Source of the DNA: Verrucomicrobiia bacterium
GTDB lineage: Bacteria; Verrucomicrobiota; Verrucomicrobiia; Limisphaerales; UBA1319
Direction: 5' to 3'
Length of the DNA: 64,000 nt
NCBI GenBank assembly: GCA_963664225.1
Contig: OY760937.1
Span: forward strand, 2,496,001 to 2,560,000
Positions 1 to 10,242 of the stretch are shown here, in pieces (positions within the stretch are counted from its first letter, which is position 1; every line of letters starts with the position of its first letter). Both the position numbers and the translations under genes were made by a program. The notes beneath the pieces were generated by a model. That model was given only the letters and a program-made list of their open reading frames with translations. It did not search any database and was not told the origin of the DNA.

Positions 1-384
1 TGCGGCATCGGGGCTGGTGAATTCAATGCGAATGCCCCAGGTCTCGCGTTGCAGTTCCTTCACGTTCCGCTCTGCCGGACGCGTGAATTCCAGCGCCGCA
101 AACGCCACCCCACTCTGGCGCAAAAAATGACGCTGACCATTGCGCGACTGGTTGGTGTCACCCAGGCAGTAACTCAATAGATCGCGTCCGCGTGCGTTTC
201 CTGCGGCGGCGCGGTTGGCCTTCCAATGTTCTCCCAGGAGAACATATTGGAGCAAATCCAACAGCGCGGATTTGCCGGTGCCGAACGCGCCCGAGATCAG
301 GACGTTGTCGTCCACGTCGAAGATCTGCCGGAAGCCGTACCAGTTCAGGGCGATGATGCGGGTCAAAGAAATGCGCTGGCTCAT
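1..384 (-). CDS. jetC: Wadjet JetC / SMC-like ATPase, N-terminal part (runs off left edge)
   Basis: Not in the ORF track. Manual translation from ATG 384 gives MSQRISLTRIIALNWYGFRQIFDVDDNVLISGAFGTGKSALLDLLQYVLLG...NRAAAG...GRDLLSYCLG. This has a Walker A (GxxGTGKS) and the NW motif of the MksB/JetC N-terminus. ATGA overlap with the jetB stop. Confidence 0.85.
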   Translation of the reverse strand, partial: MSQRISLTRIIALNWYGFRQIFDVDDNVLISGAFGTGKSALLDLLQYVLLGEHWKANRAAAGNARGRDLLSYCLGDTNQSRNGQRHFLRQSGVAFAALEFTRPAERNVKELQRETWGIRIEFTSPDAA

Positions 385-1022
385 GCCTCCTCCTTTGTTT
401 GCGGAATGGCGGTCTCAGAGTCCGGGACTGAACGATACGTCTCGACCTGTTGCGCCCAGGCGGCGGCGTTCTCAAATGGAATCGCGCGCGGCAGCGTGGG
501 GAGAATCTCCACCTGCGAATCGCCGAAACGCTCGTTCTCCTCCGCCCACCGCAAACGCACGAGCCGGCGCTGGCGCAGCTTGTTGAGCATGTCGCGGAAT
601 TGCGCCTCGGTCGGCAGAACCACGTTCTCGAAATAGAGCCTGAGCCGTTCCCAAATCTGATCGGCGGTAACCACCACCGTTTCCACGGTGGTCTCCATGC
701 GCACGTCGTGGTGCATGCGCCAAAGTGTGAGCACGAGCAGCGTTTCCGCCTTGCTGAATCGCGCGATCAATCCGCAATCCCCGGGAACCGGGCGCACTTG
801 AAAAATGGGCCGGTCGGGATCGGCGGCGAGCTCCAGATTCAACGGGGCGAAGTATTCGCCCAACTCGCGCTGATATTCCCGGGCCAGCAGATACAGCTCG
901 CGATCGCGACCGCCATCGCCCAGCAACGCCCCGTGCGCGAGCAGTTCGGTGAGAATCTCGGAAAGCGCGCTGCGATCTTCAACGCGGATATGTTGCCAGT
1001 AGGATGGCCAGGGTAGTGACAT
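381..1022 (-). CDS. jetB: Wadjet JetB (DUF4194-like)
   Basis: 213 aa with ETLLVLTLWRMH and EILPTL motifs like DUF4194; lies between a ~500-aa gene and an SMC-like gene. Confidence 0.75.
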   Translation of the reverse strand: MSLPWPSYWQHIRVEDRSALSEILTELLAHGALLGDGGRDRELYLLAREYQRELGEYFAPLNLELAADPDRPIFQVRPVPGDCGLIARFSKAETLLVLTLWRMHHDVRMETTVETVVVTADQIWERLRLYFENVVLPTEAQFRDMLNKLRQRRLVRLRWAEENERFGDSQVEILPTLPRAIPFENAAAWAQQVETYRSVPDSETAIPQTKEEA

Positions 1023-1023
1023 G

Positions 1024-2562
1024 TCAGGTTAAGCGTTCGAGAGTGAATCGTTCCATGCGGCGGTCGGCCTCCACGTCCGTGGGAATTTTTTCCGGTGCGG
1101 TCCCGAAATCCGCGCGCGCCGGATGCACGCGCCAGCGCACGATGTGATGCGAACCGTTGGCCATGCCGCGGTCAAAGGCCAGCACGGCCAGCAAATCCAG
1201 GAGGTCGTCCTCGATATGCACATGCAGTTGCTCCGTGGATATACGCCCGCCTTTTTCCGGCAGGTGTCGCTCGATGAACCGCGCCGCGCGCTGGGGTGTA
1301 AGCACGTTTTGGTTGCGCCGCCGAATCTCGTCCTTGGCCGCTTCGGGATCGGTCTCCGCGCCCGGCGAGTTGAGCGTCAGATCCACGGTAACGCGCTGGC
1401 GACGCGGCAATGAAAGGGAGTCTGTGCCGAAAAACACTTCCACCACGGGCGCCAGCAGTTCCATCCCCGGCTCACGCGCCAGATCGGCAAATGACTGGCC
1501 CGAATATTGACGCGCGGCCTCGTCGATGTAGCTCTTCACCTGCTCCGGTCGGCGGCCCCGCATCTCCGTCTGGTAGTGATAGCGCGCCGCGGAGAGACGG
1601 CTGAAGTCCGCCATGCGCCCATCGATAAGCCGCTGTTTGTTGAGAATGGCGGCCAGTTGGCGATCGAGCTTCTGAAGCATGCGCTCCGCCTCGATGTATG
1701 CGGCGGTGTCATCGATCTCGAGGTGTTTGGCCAGGCCATCGGCCAGCCGCTTCTTGGTGAACGGATCGAACAGCGCCTCCTGGGCCACGCTCCGCGCGAG
1801 GTTCAGGCGAGGGAGCAATCCAGCCTCACGCAACGCGTCGTAGCAAACCATGTGGTCGCCCTGGTGAAAATCCACCAGCATGCGCTGAATGGTTTCGCTC
1901 GCGCTGGCGCTCTGGCGCTGGGCCGTCTCGTGCTGGCGGATGAGCGTTTCCACGGCGTGCATCTGATCCTCCGCGCGGCCCACCCGCTCCACAAGATCCT
2001 TCACCGTCTGGCGCATTTCCTCGGGGCCAAGCTTGTTCGGATCCAGCGCCCCATCGGCCAGCAAATCCCGGCAAAGCGAACGCAATGTGGCTGCAAAGTC
2101 CTTCAGCTCGGCCGGACGATCCTCCGCCAGTTCTCCCAACAAACGCAGGATTCGGCGCAACGCGGGCGCCATGAGAACATAATGCTCGTCCAAACTTGCG
2201 CGCCGGGTCTCCAGCCAGTGGGCTTCGATCAGTTTGTTGAAAAATTGTCCCGCCCGCTGGTTCCCATCGCGAAACTGTCCGCCCTCGTCCTCATCCAGCG
2301 GAATATTTTCATGCCGCGCCAGAACCTCGCGAATCAGAACGCGTGCCTGGTCATAGGGAACCTGCCCCCCCTCATCCGCCGCCTCCATCAGACGCGCCGC
2401 GCAATCGACGTAAATCGCCGCCGTCGGCCGACACAACGGACGAAACAAACCGCCCTCGAGCATCGGCGCGAGTTTCAGTCCCAGGGATTGTTCCTGTGGT
2501 GGCGGCATGAAATCAGAGCTTTTCATGCGCGCGCCCATGGCGTGGACAACCCGTTTCCACAC
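1024..2562 (-). CDS. jetA: Wadjet JetA-like protein (start may be 2526 or 2508)
   Basis: About 500 aa helical protein with N-terminal LFRPL...IYVDC motif; first gene of a tightly coupled A-B-C operon. Confidence 0.7.
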   Translation of the reverse strand: MWKRVVHAMGARMKSSDFMPPPQEQSLGLKLAPMLEGGLFRPLCRPTAAIYVDCAARLMEAADEGGQVPYDQARVLIREVLARHENIPLDEDEGGQFRDGNQRAGQFFNKLIEAHWLETRRASLDEHYVLMAPALRRILRLLGELAEDRPAELKDFAATLRSLCRDLLADGALDPNKLGPEEMRQTVKDLVERVGRAEDQMHAVETLIRQHETAQRQSASASETIQRMLVDFHQGDHMVCYDALREAGLLPRLNLARSVAQEALFDPFTKKRLADGLAKHLEIDDTAAYIEAERMLQKLDRQLAAILNKQRLIDGRMADFSRLSAARYHYQTEMRGRRPEQVKSYIDEAARQYSGQSFADLAREPGMELLAPVVEVFFGTDSLSLPRRQRVTVDLTLNSPGAETDPEAAKDEIRRRNQNVLTPQRAARFIERHLPEKGGRISTEQLHVHIEDDLLDLLAVLAFDRGMANGSHHIVRWRVHPARADFGTAPEKIPTDVEADRRMERFTLERLT

Positions 2563-2738
2563 CTGAGTTTTGAATATCGTTATTGCCGCACATCACAGTA
2601 TGAAATGAATCGTAGGCCAACGCGCCGTGGAGGCAATCCCAAAGGGTCGGGCAAAGACTAAGGCGCGAAGGCGGTCTCGCTGAGTTTGCGCAACGCAATC
2701 GTGACATCCCCGCCAGACAACATTATACATATGGTATT

Positions 2739-3497
2739 GTGATCGAGGTTGAAGGATTGAATTTCGCTTATCCGGACGGCCGTAAAGCGTTAAACGATAT
2801 TACGTTCCGGGTTGAGCCAGGAGAAACCGTGGGGCTGATCGGTCCCAATGGCGCCGGCAAATCCACCCTGTTGCTCCATCTCAACGGCCTTCTGGGCATG
2901 CCCCTGACCACCGGACGCATCCGCATCAACGGTTTGGAAATGATTGCCAGCCAAATGAGCGAGATTCGCAGGCGGGTCGGCTTTCTGTTTCAAGACCCCG
3001 ACGACCAGCTTTTTTCATCCACCGTCGCCGAGGATGTCGCCTTTGGCCCGCTGCAACTCGGACTTTCCGATGACGAAGTCCACGAACGCGTCGCACAATC
3101 CCTGGCCGCCGTGAAACTGACTGGCTTCGAGTCCCGCGCTCCGCATCATCTAAGCCTTGGCGAAAAAAAACGCGTCTGCATGGCCGGCGTCTGGGCCTGC
3201 GATCCCCAGGTCCTGGTCTTTGACGAACCGACCGCCAACTTCGATCCCCGTGGCCGGCGCGAATTCATCGATCTGTGCCAATCCTTGAAGGCCACTAAAA
3301 TCATCGCCAGCCACGATCTCGAGATGATCCTCGCCCTTTGCCAGCGGGTCATCGTGATGGACGGCGGGTGTGTGGTTGCCATTGGAGAAACCCATACCAT
3401 TCTCTCCAATGAACCCCTGATGCTCGCCCACGGGTTGGAAAAGCCGCACAGTCTATTCCATCCGCATGCACATTCCCACTCCCACAGCGCCAAATGA
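2739..3497 (+). CDS. ECF/CbiO-type ABC ATPase with His-rich tail
   Basis: GPNGAGKST, FQDPDDQLF, LSLGEKKR, DEPT motifs; C-terminal HPHAHSHSH. Confidence 0.9.
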   Translation: MIEVEGLNFAYPDGRKALNDITFRVEPGETVGLIGPNGAGKSTLLLHLNGLLGMPLTTGRIRINGLEMIASQMSEIRRRVGFLFQDPDDQLFSSTVAEDVAFGPLQLGLSDDEVHERVAQSLAAVKLTGFESRAPHHLSLGEKKRVCMAGVWACDPQVLVFDEPTANFDPRGRREFIDLCQSLKATKIIASHDLEMILALCQRVIVMDGGCVVAIGETHTILSNEPLMLAHGLEKPHSLFHPHAHSHSHSAK

Positions 3498-4141
3498 AAC
3501 TTCTCATTACCTGCGGCCCGGCCCATGAACCGATCGACCTGGCGCGCCGCATCACCAATTTCTCCACCGGCCGGTTGGGAACCGCCTTGTGCAATGCCTT
3601 TGCTGCCCAGGGCGCCCGCGTGCATTGCTTCCGGGGTGAAGGCGCCACATGGCCGGAAACGCCCCACGCACAACACCTCGAGACCTTCACCACCAATGAA
3701 GACCTCTCAAACCGCTTGCAGGCCTTGAGCCACACGGAATCGTTCGACGCCATTTTTCACGCCGCCGCCCTCTGCGATTTCCGCGTCGAAAGCGTGCTCG
3801 ATCCCTCCGGTCAGGAAATCGCCTCCCCCAAATTCTCGACCCGCCAGGGAAACATCCACCTCGAACTCGCCCCCGCGATCAAAGTATTGCCGCGCCTGCG
3901 CGAATGGTTTCCCACCGCGTTTATTGTCGGATGGAAATACGAACTGGAAGGTTCCCAAACCACCGCATTCGAGCGCGCATGGACTCAAATCCGCGAATGC
4001 CGGTCGGACGCCTGCGTGCTCAACGGCAGCACCTACGGTCCCGGCTTCGCGCTGTGCCGCGCCGGAGCCTCCACGCATTGCCCGGATGCCGCATCGTTGG
4101 CGATCGCATTGGCTGCCGCCATTGCCGCTGCCCGAGGCTGA
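3494..4141 (+). CDS. coaB: Phosphopantothenate--cysteine ligase (stand-alone CoaB domain)
   Basis: LITCGPAHEPID..RRITNFSTGRLG, HAAALCDF, VGWKYE motifs; ATGA overlap with upstream gene. Confidence 0.8.
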   Translation: MKLLITCGPAHEPIDLARRITNFSTGRLGTALCNAFAAQGARVHCFRGEGATWPETPHAQHLETFTTNEDLSNRLQALSHTESFDAIFHAAALCDFRVESVLDPSGQEIASPKFSTRQGNIHLELAPAIKVLPRLREWFPTAFIVGWKYELEGSQTTAFERAWTQIRECRSDACVLNGSTYGPGFALCRAGASTHCPDAASLAIALAAAIAAARG

Positions 4142-4164
4142 GGTGCATTGCACGTCTGGACGGC

Positions 4165-4191
4165 AAAAAGGGCCGGATTTGACTCCGGCCC
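4165..4191 (-). terminator. Rho-independent terminator of the ThuA-like gene
   Basis: GGGCCGGA-tttgac-TCCGGCCC hairpin followed by T5 on the minus strand. Confidence 0.7.
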
Positions 4192-4213
4192 CTGATCGAT
4201 ATCCTACACCCGT

Positions 4214-4990
4214 TTAAGTCGCATTCGCTCCGGCCCAACGCACTGCGTTGCGCAGGATGCGCCGCACTTCGGGACGCATAAAGTCGTCATAGGTCTCATG
4301 GCCCGGGGTGAAGTAGAACACCCGGCCCTTGCCGACCGTCCAGCACAGCCCCATGCGCGCGTCGGACTTTGAGCCGTCGGGCTTGGTGTAGGTGCCGTTC
4401 AAAACGACCGACTCAGGGGTCGGCACGGCGAAAGGTTCCCCATAGCGCTCGATCTTGGGTAGCTCGAAATCCTTGACGTTGCGCGCGATCGGGTGATTGG
4501 CATCCTTGACCGTGATTTTCACCGAAGTGCCATCGACCACGTATTCACCCCAACTGCACGCCGTCCCCATCAACTTCTTGAAGGGCTTGCAATAATGCGA
4601 GGAGTGCAGGCCGATGAAGCCCATGCCGCCCTCCTTGACCCGCTTGATGATGCGCGCCACGTTCTCGTCTTTGACCTCATCATGACGCTTGTGGCCCCAC
4701 CACATCACCACATCCGTCTTGTTGAGGGATTCCTCCGAGCAGCCCTGCTCGGGATCGTCAATCGAGGCGGTGACCACTTCCCAATTCCTCATATTCTTGA
4801 GGCCTTCGAGAATGGCGCCGTTAATGTCGTTGGGATAAACGTCCTTCGGAGCCGTGTGCTCCGACCAGATCACCACGCGCCGCTTGTCAGGCGAAGCGAG
4901 AAGCGTGGAGGGAATCATGGCCACGGCGGTTGCCGCCGCGCCGGCCGCCAGGAATGAACGCCTGGAAAGGGATGAATGTATCGTTTTCAT
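4214..4990 (-). CDS. Tat-exported ThuA-like protein
   Basis: SRRSFL Tat motif; WWGH, GFIGLHSSH, GRVFYFTPGHETY ThuA motifs. Confidence 0.85.
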   Translation of the reverse strand: MKTIHSSLSRRSFLAAGAAATAVAMIPSTLLASPDKRRVVIWSEHTAPKDVYPNDINGAILEGLKNMRNWEVVTASIDDPEQGCSEESLNKTDVVMWWGHKRHDEVKDENVARIIKRVKEGGMGFIGLHSSHYCKPFKKLMGTACSWGEYVVDGTSVKITVKDANHPIARNVKDFELPKIERYGEPFAVPTPESVVLNGTYTKPDGSKSDARMGLCWTVGKGRVFYFTPGHETYDDFMRPEVRRILRNAVRWAGANAT

Positions 4991-5181
4991 GTTTTCTATG
5001 GGTCAGATGGAAAGTTTGAGTGATCGGCAACGCTTATTCAAGGAAAAATACAGTCTCGTGGCGCAATGAAAACTTATGGTGTGGGTATGACAATGTTTTT
5101 AATACGATGCCTGCCGACAAGGCACACTGCAAGCGACCTCGCTGTTGAATCGATGTTTCCAGGAGTGACCGATACAGCGGC

Positions 5182-5739
5182 TTAGCGCGGGAGAAAATAA
5201 CCGATAATCTGGCGTGGCGAACGAACGCAGATTTGAATGTGGTCAAGGGAATGCAAACCAGAGCTTTCGTAAAGCGGTTCACCTTCCACGAAGAACGCGC
5301 GAACACTGTCAAACGGAGGCTGGCACTCTTGTGCGCGCAATTTGTGAAGTGTTTCAAAAACGGCCTTGTCAAGGTAGCGGGCTCGAAACCCTTTGCCTTT
5401 GTTTTCGGCTGGCTTAAAACCGGATTCCTTGCACAAATCCAGATAGACTTTGTATGCAGTTTTGACGAGTTCGAGATATTCTGTGTCTATGAGGTTAAGA
5501 CAATTCCCTAAATCGATGATTGCACCTAATACGCCAGGAGTTTCGAGCTTGCCCTCTTTTTTATGGTCTTGTGCCCATTGTAGGGCGCGGGCGCGACTGT
5601 CCTCCCAAAAGTAATAACCACCACCCAGCCAATCGTGCTCGTTTTCACTGGGTCTTTGTTGTTCCTGACCGTTAACGATCCTTTTCGCAACAGCCAAGTC
5701 GCAGCCATGTTAACCGAGAATGAGCGAGCGGGAAACCAT
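5182..5739 (-). pseudogene. ADP-ribosyltransferase-like (DUF3990-like) protein interrupted by TAA at codon 10
   Basis: ATG 5739 reads MVSRSLILG*HGCDLAVAKR...WLGGGYYFWE...HIQICVR. The stop at 5710-5712 falls where a [YF]HG motif is expected. Confidence 0.7.
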
Positions 5740-5906
5740 CAGCGAAATTGCGGGTTAAGCTGTCCGCGGGCGCTATAAATGCCAGTGGAAACCAAAAAGC
5801 GCCGAGCCGCTTTCTTTGAAGACGCAAGCTTGCGCGCAGCTTCACGAATTTGCTGCACCTCTTTCTTGAGGTCGCTCGATTTGATGCCTTGCGTAAGTGT
5901 TGTCAT
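5739..5906 (-). CDS. Small basic 55-aa protein, putative antitoxin/partner
   Basis: MTTLTQGIKSSDLKKEVQQIREAARKLASSKKAARRFLVSTGIYSARGQLNPQFR; GAGG Shine-Dalgarno; TTGCAC-16-TAGATT promoter; TGATG overlap with the downstream gene; below the ORF-track cutoff. Confidence 0.7.
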   Translation of the reverse strand: MTTLTQGIKSSDLKKEVQQIREAARKLASSKKAARRFLVSTGIYSARGQLNPQFR

Positions 5907-6040
5907 ATTGCCTCTTCAATCTATGCTCTTAACCGTCTGGTGCAAGTTTAGTTTTACATGTTCCAAATCGCCGCCCTGTCTCGGTCAAGTAACCAGCCAC
6001 GCACTGCTCGATCATGCGTTATTGCACACGACCGCAGCAC

Positions 6041-6079
6041 AAAAAAAGGTCTGTTGCAGACGGAAATCCGCAACAGACC
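6041..6079 (-). terminator. rpoD terminator
   Basis: GGTCTGTTGC...GCAACAGACC 10-bp stem plus T7 on the minus strand. Confidence 0.75.
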
Positions 6080-6136
6080 CTGAAAAGAATCGAATCGATT
6101 GACAGGCTTTGGGCCTAACGCCTGAAGCCTAAACCC

Positions 6137-8113
6137 TTACGCCGCTTCCTTGGTTTCCAGGAAACCCTGGAGGTGGCGGATGCGTGTGGGATGACGCATC
6201 TTGCGCAGCGCCTTGGCCTCAATCTGGCGAATGCGTTCGCGGGTGACCTTGTATTGCTTGCCCACTTCCTCGAGTGTCCGGGCATAGCCATCCACCAGGC
6301 CGAAGCGCAGTTCGAGCACCTTGCGCTCGCGATCGCTCAGGCTCGTCAGCACTTCATTGAGCTTCTCCTTCAGAAGGCTGTAGCTGGTCATGTCCATCGG
6401 GTTTTCCGCGGACTTGTCCTCGATGAAATCTCCGAAATTGGTGTCATCGCTGTCGCCCACCGGTGATTGCAGCGAAATCGGCTGCTGGGCCATTTTCAGA
6501 ATGGCGCGGACCCGCTCGATGGGCATCTGCATTTCATCCGCCAATTCCTCGGGAGTGGCTTCCCGTCCGTATTCCTGGAGCAACTGCTTTTCCGTGCGGC
6601 GCAGTTTGTTCAGGATTTCGATCATGTGCACCGGAATGCGGATGGTGCGCGCCTGATCGGCCACGGAGCGCGTGATGGCCTGGCGAATCCACCAGGTGGC
6701 ATAAGTCGAGAACTTATACCCGCGGCGATATTCGAATTTCTCGACGCCCTTCATCAAGCCCATGTTGCCTTCCTGAATCAAATCCAGGAACGCCAGACCA
6801 CGGTTGGTGTATTTTTTGGCGATGGAAATGACCAGTCGCAGGTTGGCCTCCGCCATTTCGGTTTTCGCCTGGTGGGCCTTTTCCGCGAACAAATGCAATT
6901 GCTTGTAGGAGGCCAGATAATCGGCCGAAGGCATGCGCACAAAGTCCTCGAGCGCCTTGATCTTGCGCTTTTCCGAATCGACGATGGTATGGGCCGCGGG
7001 CGATTTACGCTGCTGTTCCATGTCGTGAATCGCGCGCAGGCTCGCCTGAATCTTGTCGTGGATGTTTTCCGAGACCAGAATCATTTCCTCGATGACCTTC
7101 TGCTTGTAAAAGAACTTCGGGAACAGGGTCTGGAGCTTGTGATCGAGCTTCTTGAACTCGGCCATCAACTTTTCTTTGCGCGTGGAATTGGGCGCGGTGT
7201 GGATTTCATTGTATTTCTTGTCCACATCCTGGTCCAGAGCGCGCACCTTCTTGACCAACAGGCGCAATTCCTTCAAGTGCTGGTCGCGGCTGTCGATCTT
7301 TTTATCCGTAATGACACGGTCAAAGCGTTCCTTGGGCGGCTCGGACAGGAGTTTCTCGGCCAGGGCGATGTGCTCCTTGCCGGCGAAACCCATCCCGTAA
7401 ATGATGCGCCTCACATTGTTTTCGGCGTCCTCGATGCGTTTACAAATCTCAACTTCCTGTTCCCGGGTCAGCAAAGGCACCTTGCCCATCTGCCGCAAAT
7501 ACATGCGCACGGGATCGTCCAGAACATCCAGACGGCTTTTATCCTCGTCCTCTTCCTCCGGTTCAGGCTGTTTGACCCGGTCCACCTCGGCCTGATCCAC
7601 AATCTCGATATCCAGGTTGGCCAGCTTGGAATAAACTTCATCCAACTCCTCGGACGTCACCACGTTATCGGGCAGGACGTCGTTGATGTCGTCATAGGTC
7701 AGGTAACCCTGCTCCTGAGCCAGGCGAACCAGTTCCTTGACCTTTTCCGTCAGATCGATGCCCGCGGCATTCTTATTTCCGCCAACAGGGGAGGGGGTGG
7801 CCAGAAAGGCCTCGACGGAAGCGGCGGATTTCTCCGGCAGCTTGCGGTGCTCGAGTTGGGCCGGATGGGTCGCGGCCCCGGGCTGTCCTGCATGGGCAAC
7901 CGGAGAGGACGCATGCGGCGGATGGGCGCTGGAATGGCTGTGAGGCCGGGAATCCACTTCCGGTTTGACGGCCGCCTTGGCAAGCGCCTTGGCGGACAGA
8001 TCGTTCTTACCTATGGTAAATCGATGCGTCCTGCCTTCCTGTGGTGCGGGAAGTTTGGGCGCGGATTTCTTAACATCCGGTTTGGTCTCTGCTTTGGCGG
8101 CTTTCGCTTTCAC
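6137..8113 (-). CDS. rpoD: RNA polymerase primary sigma factor RpoD
   Basis: Region 1.1 ([10 protein letters not shown]), [42 protein letters not shown]; low-complexity N-terminal extension. Confidence 0.97.
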   Translation of the reverse strand: MKAKAAKAETKPDVKKSAPKLPAPQEGRTHRFTIGKNDLSAKALAKAAVKPEVDSRPHSHSSAHPPHASSPVAHAGQPGAATHPAQLEHRKLPEKSAASVEAFLATPSPVGGNKNAAGIDLTEKVKELVRLAQEQGYLTYDDINDVLPDNVVTSEELDEVYSKLANLDIEIVDQAEVDRVKQPEPEEEDEDKSRLDVLDDPVRMYLRQMGKVPLLTREQEVEICKRIEDAENNVRRIIYGMGFAGKEHIALAEKLLSEPPKERFDRVITDKKIDSRDQHLKELRLLVKKVRALDQDVDKKYNEIHTAPNSTRKEKLMAEFKKLDHKLQTLFPKFFYKQKVIEEMILVSENIHDKIQASLRAIHDMEQQRKSPAAHTIVDSEKRKIKALEDFVRMPSADYLASYKQLHLFAEKAHQAKTEMAEANLRLVISIAKKYTNRGLAFLDLIQEGNMGLMKGVEKFEYRRGYKFSTYATWWIRQAITRSVADQARTIRIPVHMIEILNKLRRTEKQLLQEYGREATPEELADEMQMPIERVRAILKMAQQPISLQSPVGDSDDTNFGDFIEDKSAENPMDMTSYSLLKEKLNEVLTSLSDRERKVLELRFGLVDGYARTLEEVGKQYKVTRERIRQIEAKALRKMRHPTRIRHLQGFLETKEAA

Positions 8114-8285
8114 TATTTTAATAGGGTAACGCTCTACACTACCTCAATACAATTAGCCCTTCATACTCTCAATGCTTGGGAGCAAAGTCAAGTAATCATC
8201 GAACCCGATCCAACAAAATATCGCCAGGTTTGAATTTAGACGCACAAAGAGGAACCCCATTCAATCAAAGCCTCTCACCGACCCT

Positions 8286-8717
8286 CTATTTCGCAAGAGG
8301 CAATGACGCTTTCTGCCAGGCTTTGATTCCACCGTCCAAATGGTAAACATTGGTAATCCCGATTTGCGTCAGAATGACCCGGGCTTTCGAACTCCGGTTC
8401 CCGGAGGCGCAATAGATCAAATAGGTTTTTCGCGTGTCCAGGCGCGCGGCATCCTTCTGGAAATTCTGGTCGTAGTAATTGATGTTCAATGCTTTTTGGA
8501 TATGGCCAGCCGCATATTCCTCGGGAGTTCGCACGTCGAGAAGGGTGATTTCGGGCTTTTCCTTGATCAGCCGGGCCGCCTCGTCGGCATCCAGGTTGCG
8601 CTTTTCAGCGGTCCGGGCCGCCCGTGCGGGAACCGGCGTCACAGCAAGAGTGTCCGCCGCCCTGCCCATGGGCAAAAACGAGGCGCAGGCACACAAAAAT
8701 ATCCAGAGCCGTTTCAT
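8286..8717 (-). CDS. Secreted rhodanese-like protein
   Basis: Signal peptide; LDVRTPEEY..GHI, YCASGNRS, LDGGIKAW. Confidence 0.9.
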   Translation of the reverse strand: MKRLWIFLCACASFLPMGRAADTLAVTPVPARAARTAEKRNLDADEAARLIKEKPEITLLDVRTPEEYAAGHIQKALNINYYDQNFQKDAARLDTRKTYLIYCASGNRSSKARVILTQIGITNVYHLDGGIKAWQKASLPLAK

Positions 8718-8895
8718 TGAAAATGGTCACCCACCATACCCGTGAATTGGCTTTTCGCAAGCAGCCTGGAGGGGAAATGTCGAACTTTGGCACAATTAGC
8801 GCGTAACAAACCCCCGCGAAATTTATACTGGCATCCGGCGCACTCATGTAGGATGTTAGGCCCTTGGTTAAGGGTCAAGGCATCATATCGTGTTC

Positions 8896-10242
8896 ATGAA
8901 CACTCCAGCACCGGACAGCGAAGCTGAAAAAGCGCATTGGATACGCCGGCAAATGCCCTCCGAAGGGTTGTTTGCCGGCCTGGACTGGCGCGTGGCGGTC
9001 GAACCCTTCCGCTTGGACGCGGAACGGGCCGCGCAGATCGACCAATTGGGCCGCGTGCTCCTTCAATTCTACAAGGCCGTCAACCTGCTTTACCGCCAGA
9101 GCGTCGATGGCCGCCAGCCCGCCTGGGTGGCCCGCTGGCTTGATCAAGGCAAACCCCAATCCCTCATCGCATTACAACGCGATGCCGCCTTTAAAAACGA
9201 ATTGCCCCGCGTCATAAGGCCCGACCTGCTTCTCGAAGAAAACGGCCTGGCCATTTCCGAATTGGACAGCGTGCCCGGAGGCATCGGACTCACAGCGTGG
9301 CTCAACAAAACCTATTCGGCGCTTCCTGGCCTGGAACCAGGCGCCGCCCCCGCAGTCCTGGGCGGCGCGGCGGGAATGCACGAGGGTTTCGCCTCCATTT
9401 TCGGCAATGCCGCCCACGTTCATATAGTGGTCTCGGAAGAGGCGGCCACCTACCGGCCAGAAATGGAATGGCTTTGCCGCGAATTGGGCGAAAACCGCTT
9501 TCAAGTGCGGGACAGCCACTTCATGGATTTCCAGCCCGGAGACGCGGTCTATCGCTTTTTTGAGTTGTTCGATCTACCCAACATTCCCAACGCGCAACGC
9601 ATTTTGCAGCTCGCCTTGGAAAAGCAAATCCAGCTCACACCTCCACCCAAACCGTTGTTCGAGGAAAAGATGCTCTTTGCCCTCCTTTGGAACCGCAATC
9701 TGGACGATTTCTGGCATCGCGAGCTGGGCGCCGGATTTTTTGAGCGCATGCGCGCCCATGTTCCCCGCACCTGGCTGCTCGATCCCGCGCCGCTGCCACC
9801 CCACGGAGCCATTCCCGAATTGAACCTCACGGATTGGCGTCAGCTCAAGCATATGTCCCAACGCGAACGGGATTTGATCCTCAAAATCTCCGGATTCTCC
9901 GAGCGGGCTTGGGGCGCGCGCGGAGTGTGGCTGGGGAGCGACCTTTCCCTGGCGGACTGGAGCCAGGCGGTGGATGAGGCCCTGGCCGGATTCGAACATT
10001 CCCCCTGCGTGCTCCAGCGGTACCGCAAGCCCGCCCGGGTGAATATCTCCTGGCACGATTTCCAGAGCGGCAAAACCACCCCCATGGAGGGTCGGGCGCG
10101 GCTCTGCCCCTACTACTTTGTTTCAGGACAGGGGGATGCCGCGCGGGCGCGCCTGGGCGGAGTCATGGCCACCGTGTGCCCCGCCGATAAAAAGATCATT
10201 CACGGAATGACCGATGCCGTGATCGCCCCTTGCGCCTTATGA
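8896..10242 (+). CDS. Hypothetical ATP-grasp-like (glutathionylspermidine synthase / circularly permuted type) protein
   Basis: IRPDLLL....AISELDSVPGGIG, LILKISG...AWGARGV and VLQRY motifs resemble an ATP-grasp ligase. Confidence 0.55.
   Translation: MNTPAPDSEAEKAHWIRRQMPSEGLFAGLDWRVAVEPFRLDAERAAQIDQLGRVLLQFYKAVNLLYRQSVDGRQPAWVARWLDQGKPQSLIALQRDAAFKNELPRVIRPDLLLEENGLAISELDSVPGGIGLTAWLNKTYSALPGLEPGAAPAVLGGAAGMHEGFASIFGNAAHVHIVVSEEAATYRPEMEWLCRELGENRFQVRDSHFMDFQPGDAVYRFFELFDLPNIPNAQRILQLALEKQIQLTPPPKPLFEEKMLFALLWNRNLDDFWHRELGAGFFERMRAHVPRTWLLDPAPLPPHGAIPELNLTDWRQLKHMSQRERDLILKISGFSERAWGARGVWLGSDLSLADWSQAVDEALAGFEHSPCVLQRYRKPARVNISWHDFQSGKTTPMEGRARLCPYYFVSGQGDAARARLGGVMATVCPADKKIIHGMTDAVIAPCAL

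Noticed and set aside
2563..2738. Cobalamin or NiCo riboswitch upstream of the CbiO-like gene
   Set aside because: No B12-box or recognisable conserved stems seen; an Infernal/Rfam scan would be decisive.
5710..5712. Programmed stop-codon readthrough or recoding
   Set aside because: The codon is TAA, which is used as a normal stop throughout the window; a point mutation or sequencing error is simpler.
6467..8233. 588-aa plus-strand ORF
   Set aside because: Antisense shadow of rpoD, expected from high-GC codon bias; no recognisable motifs.
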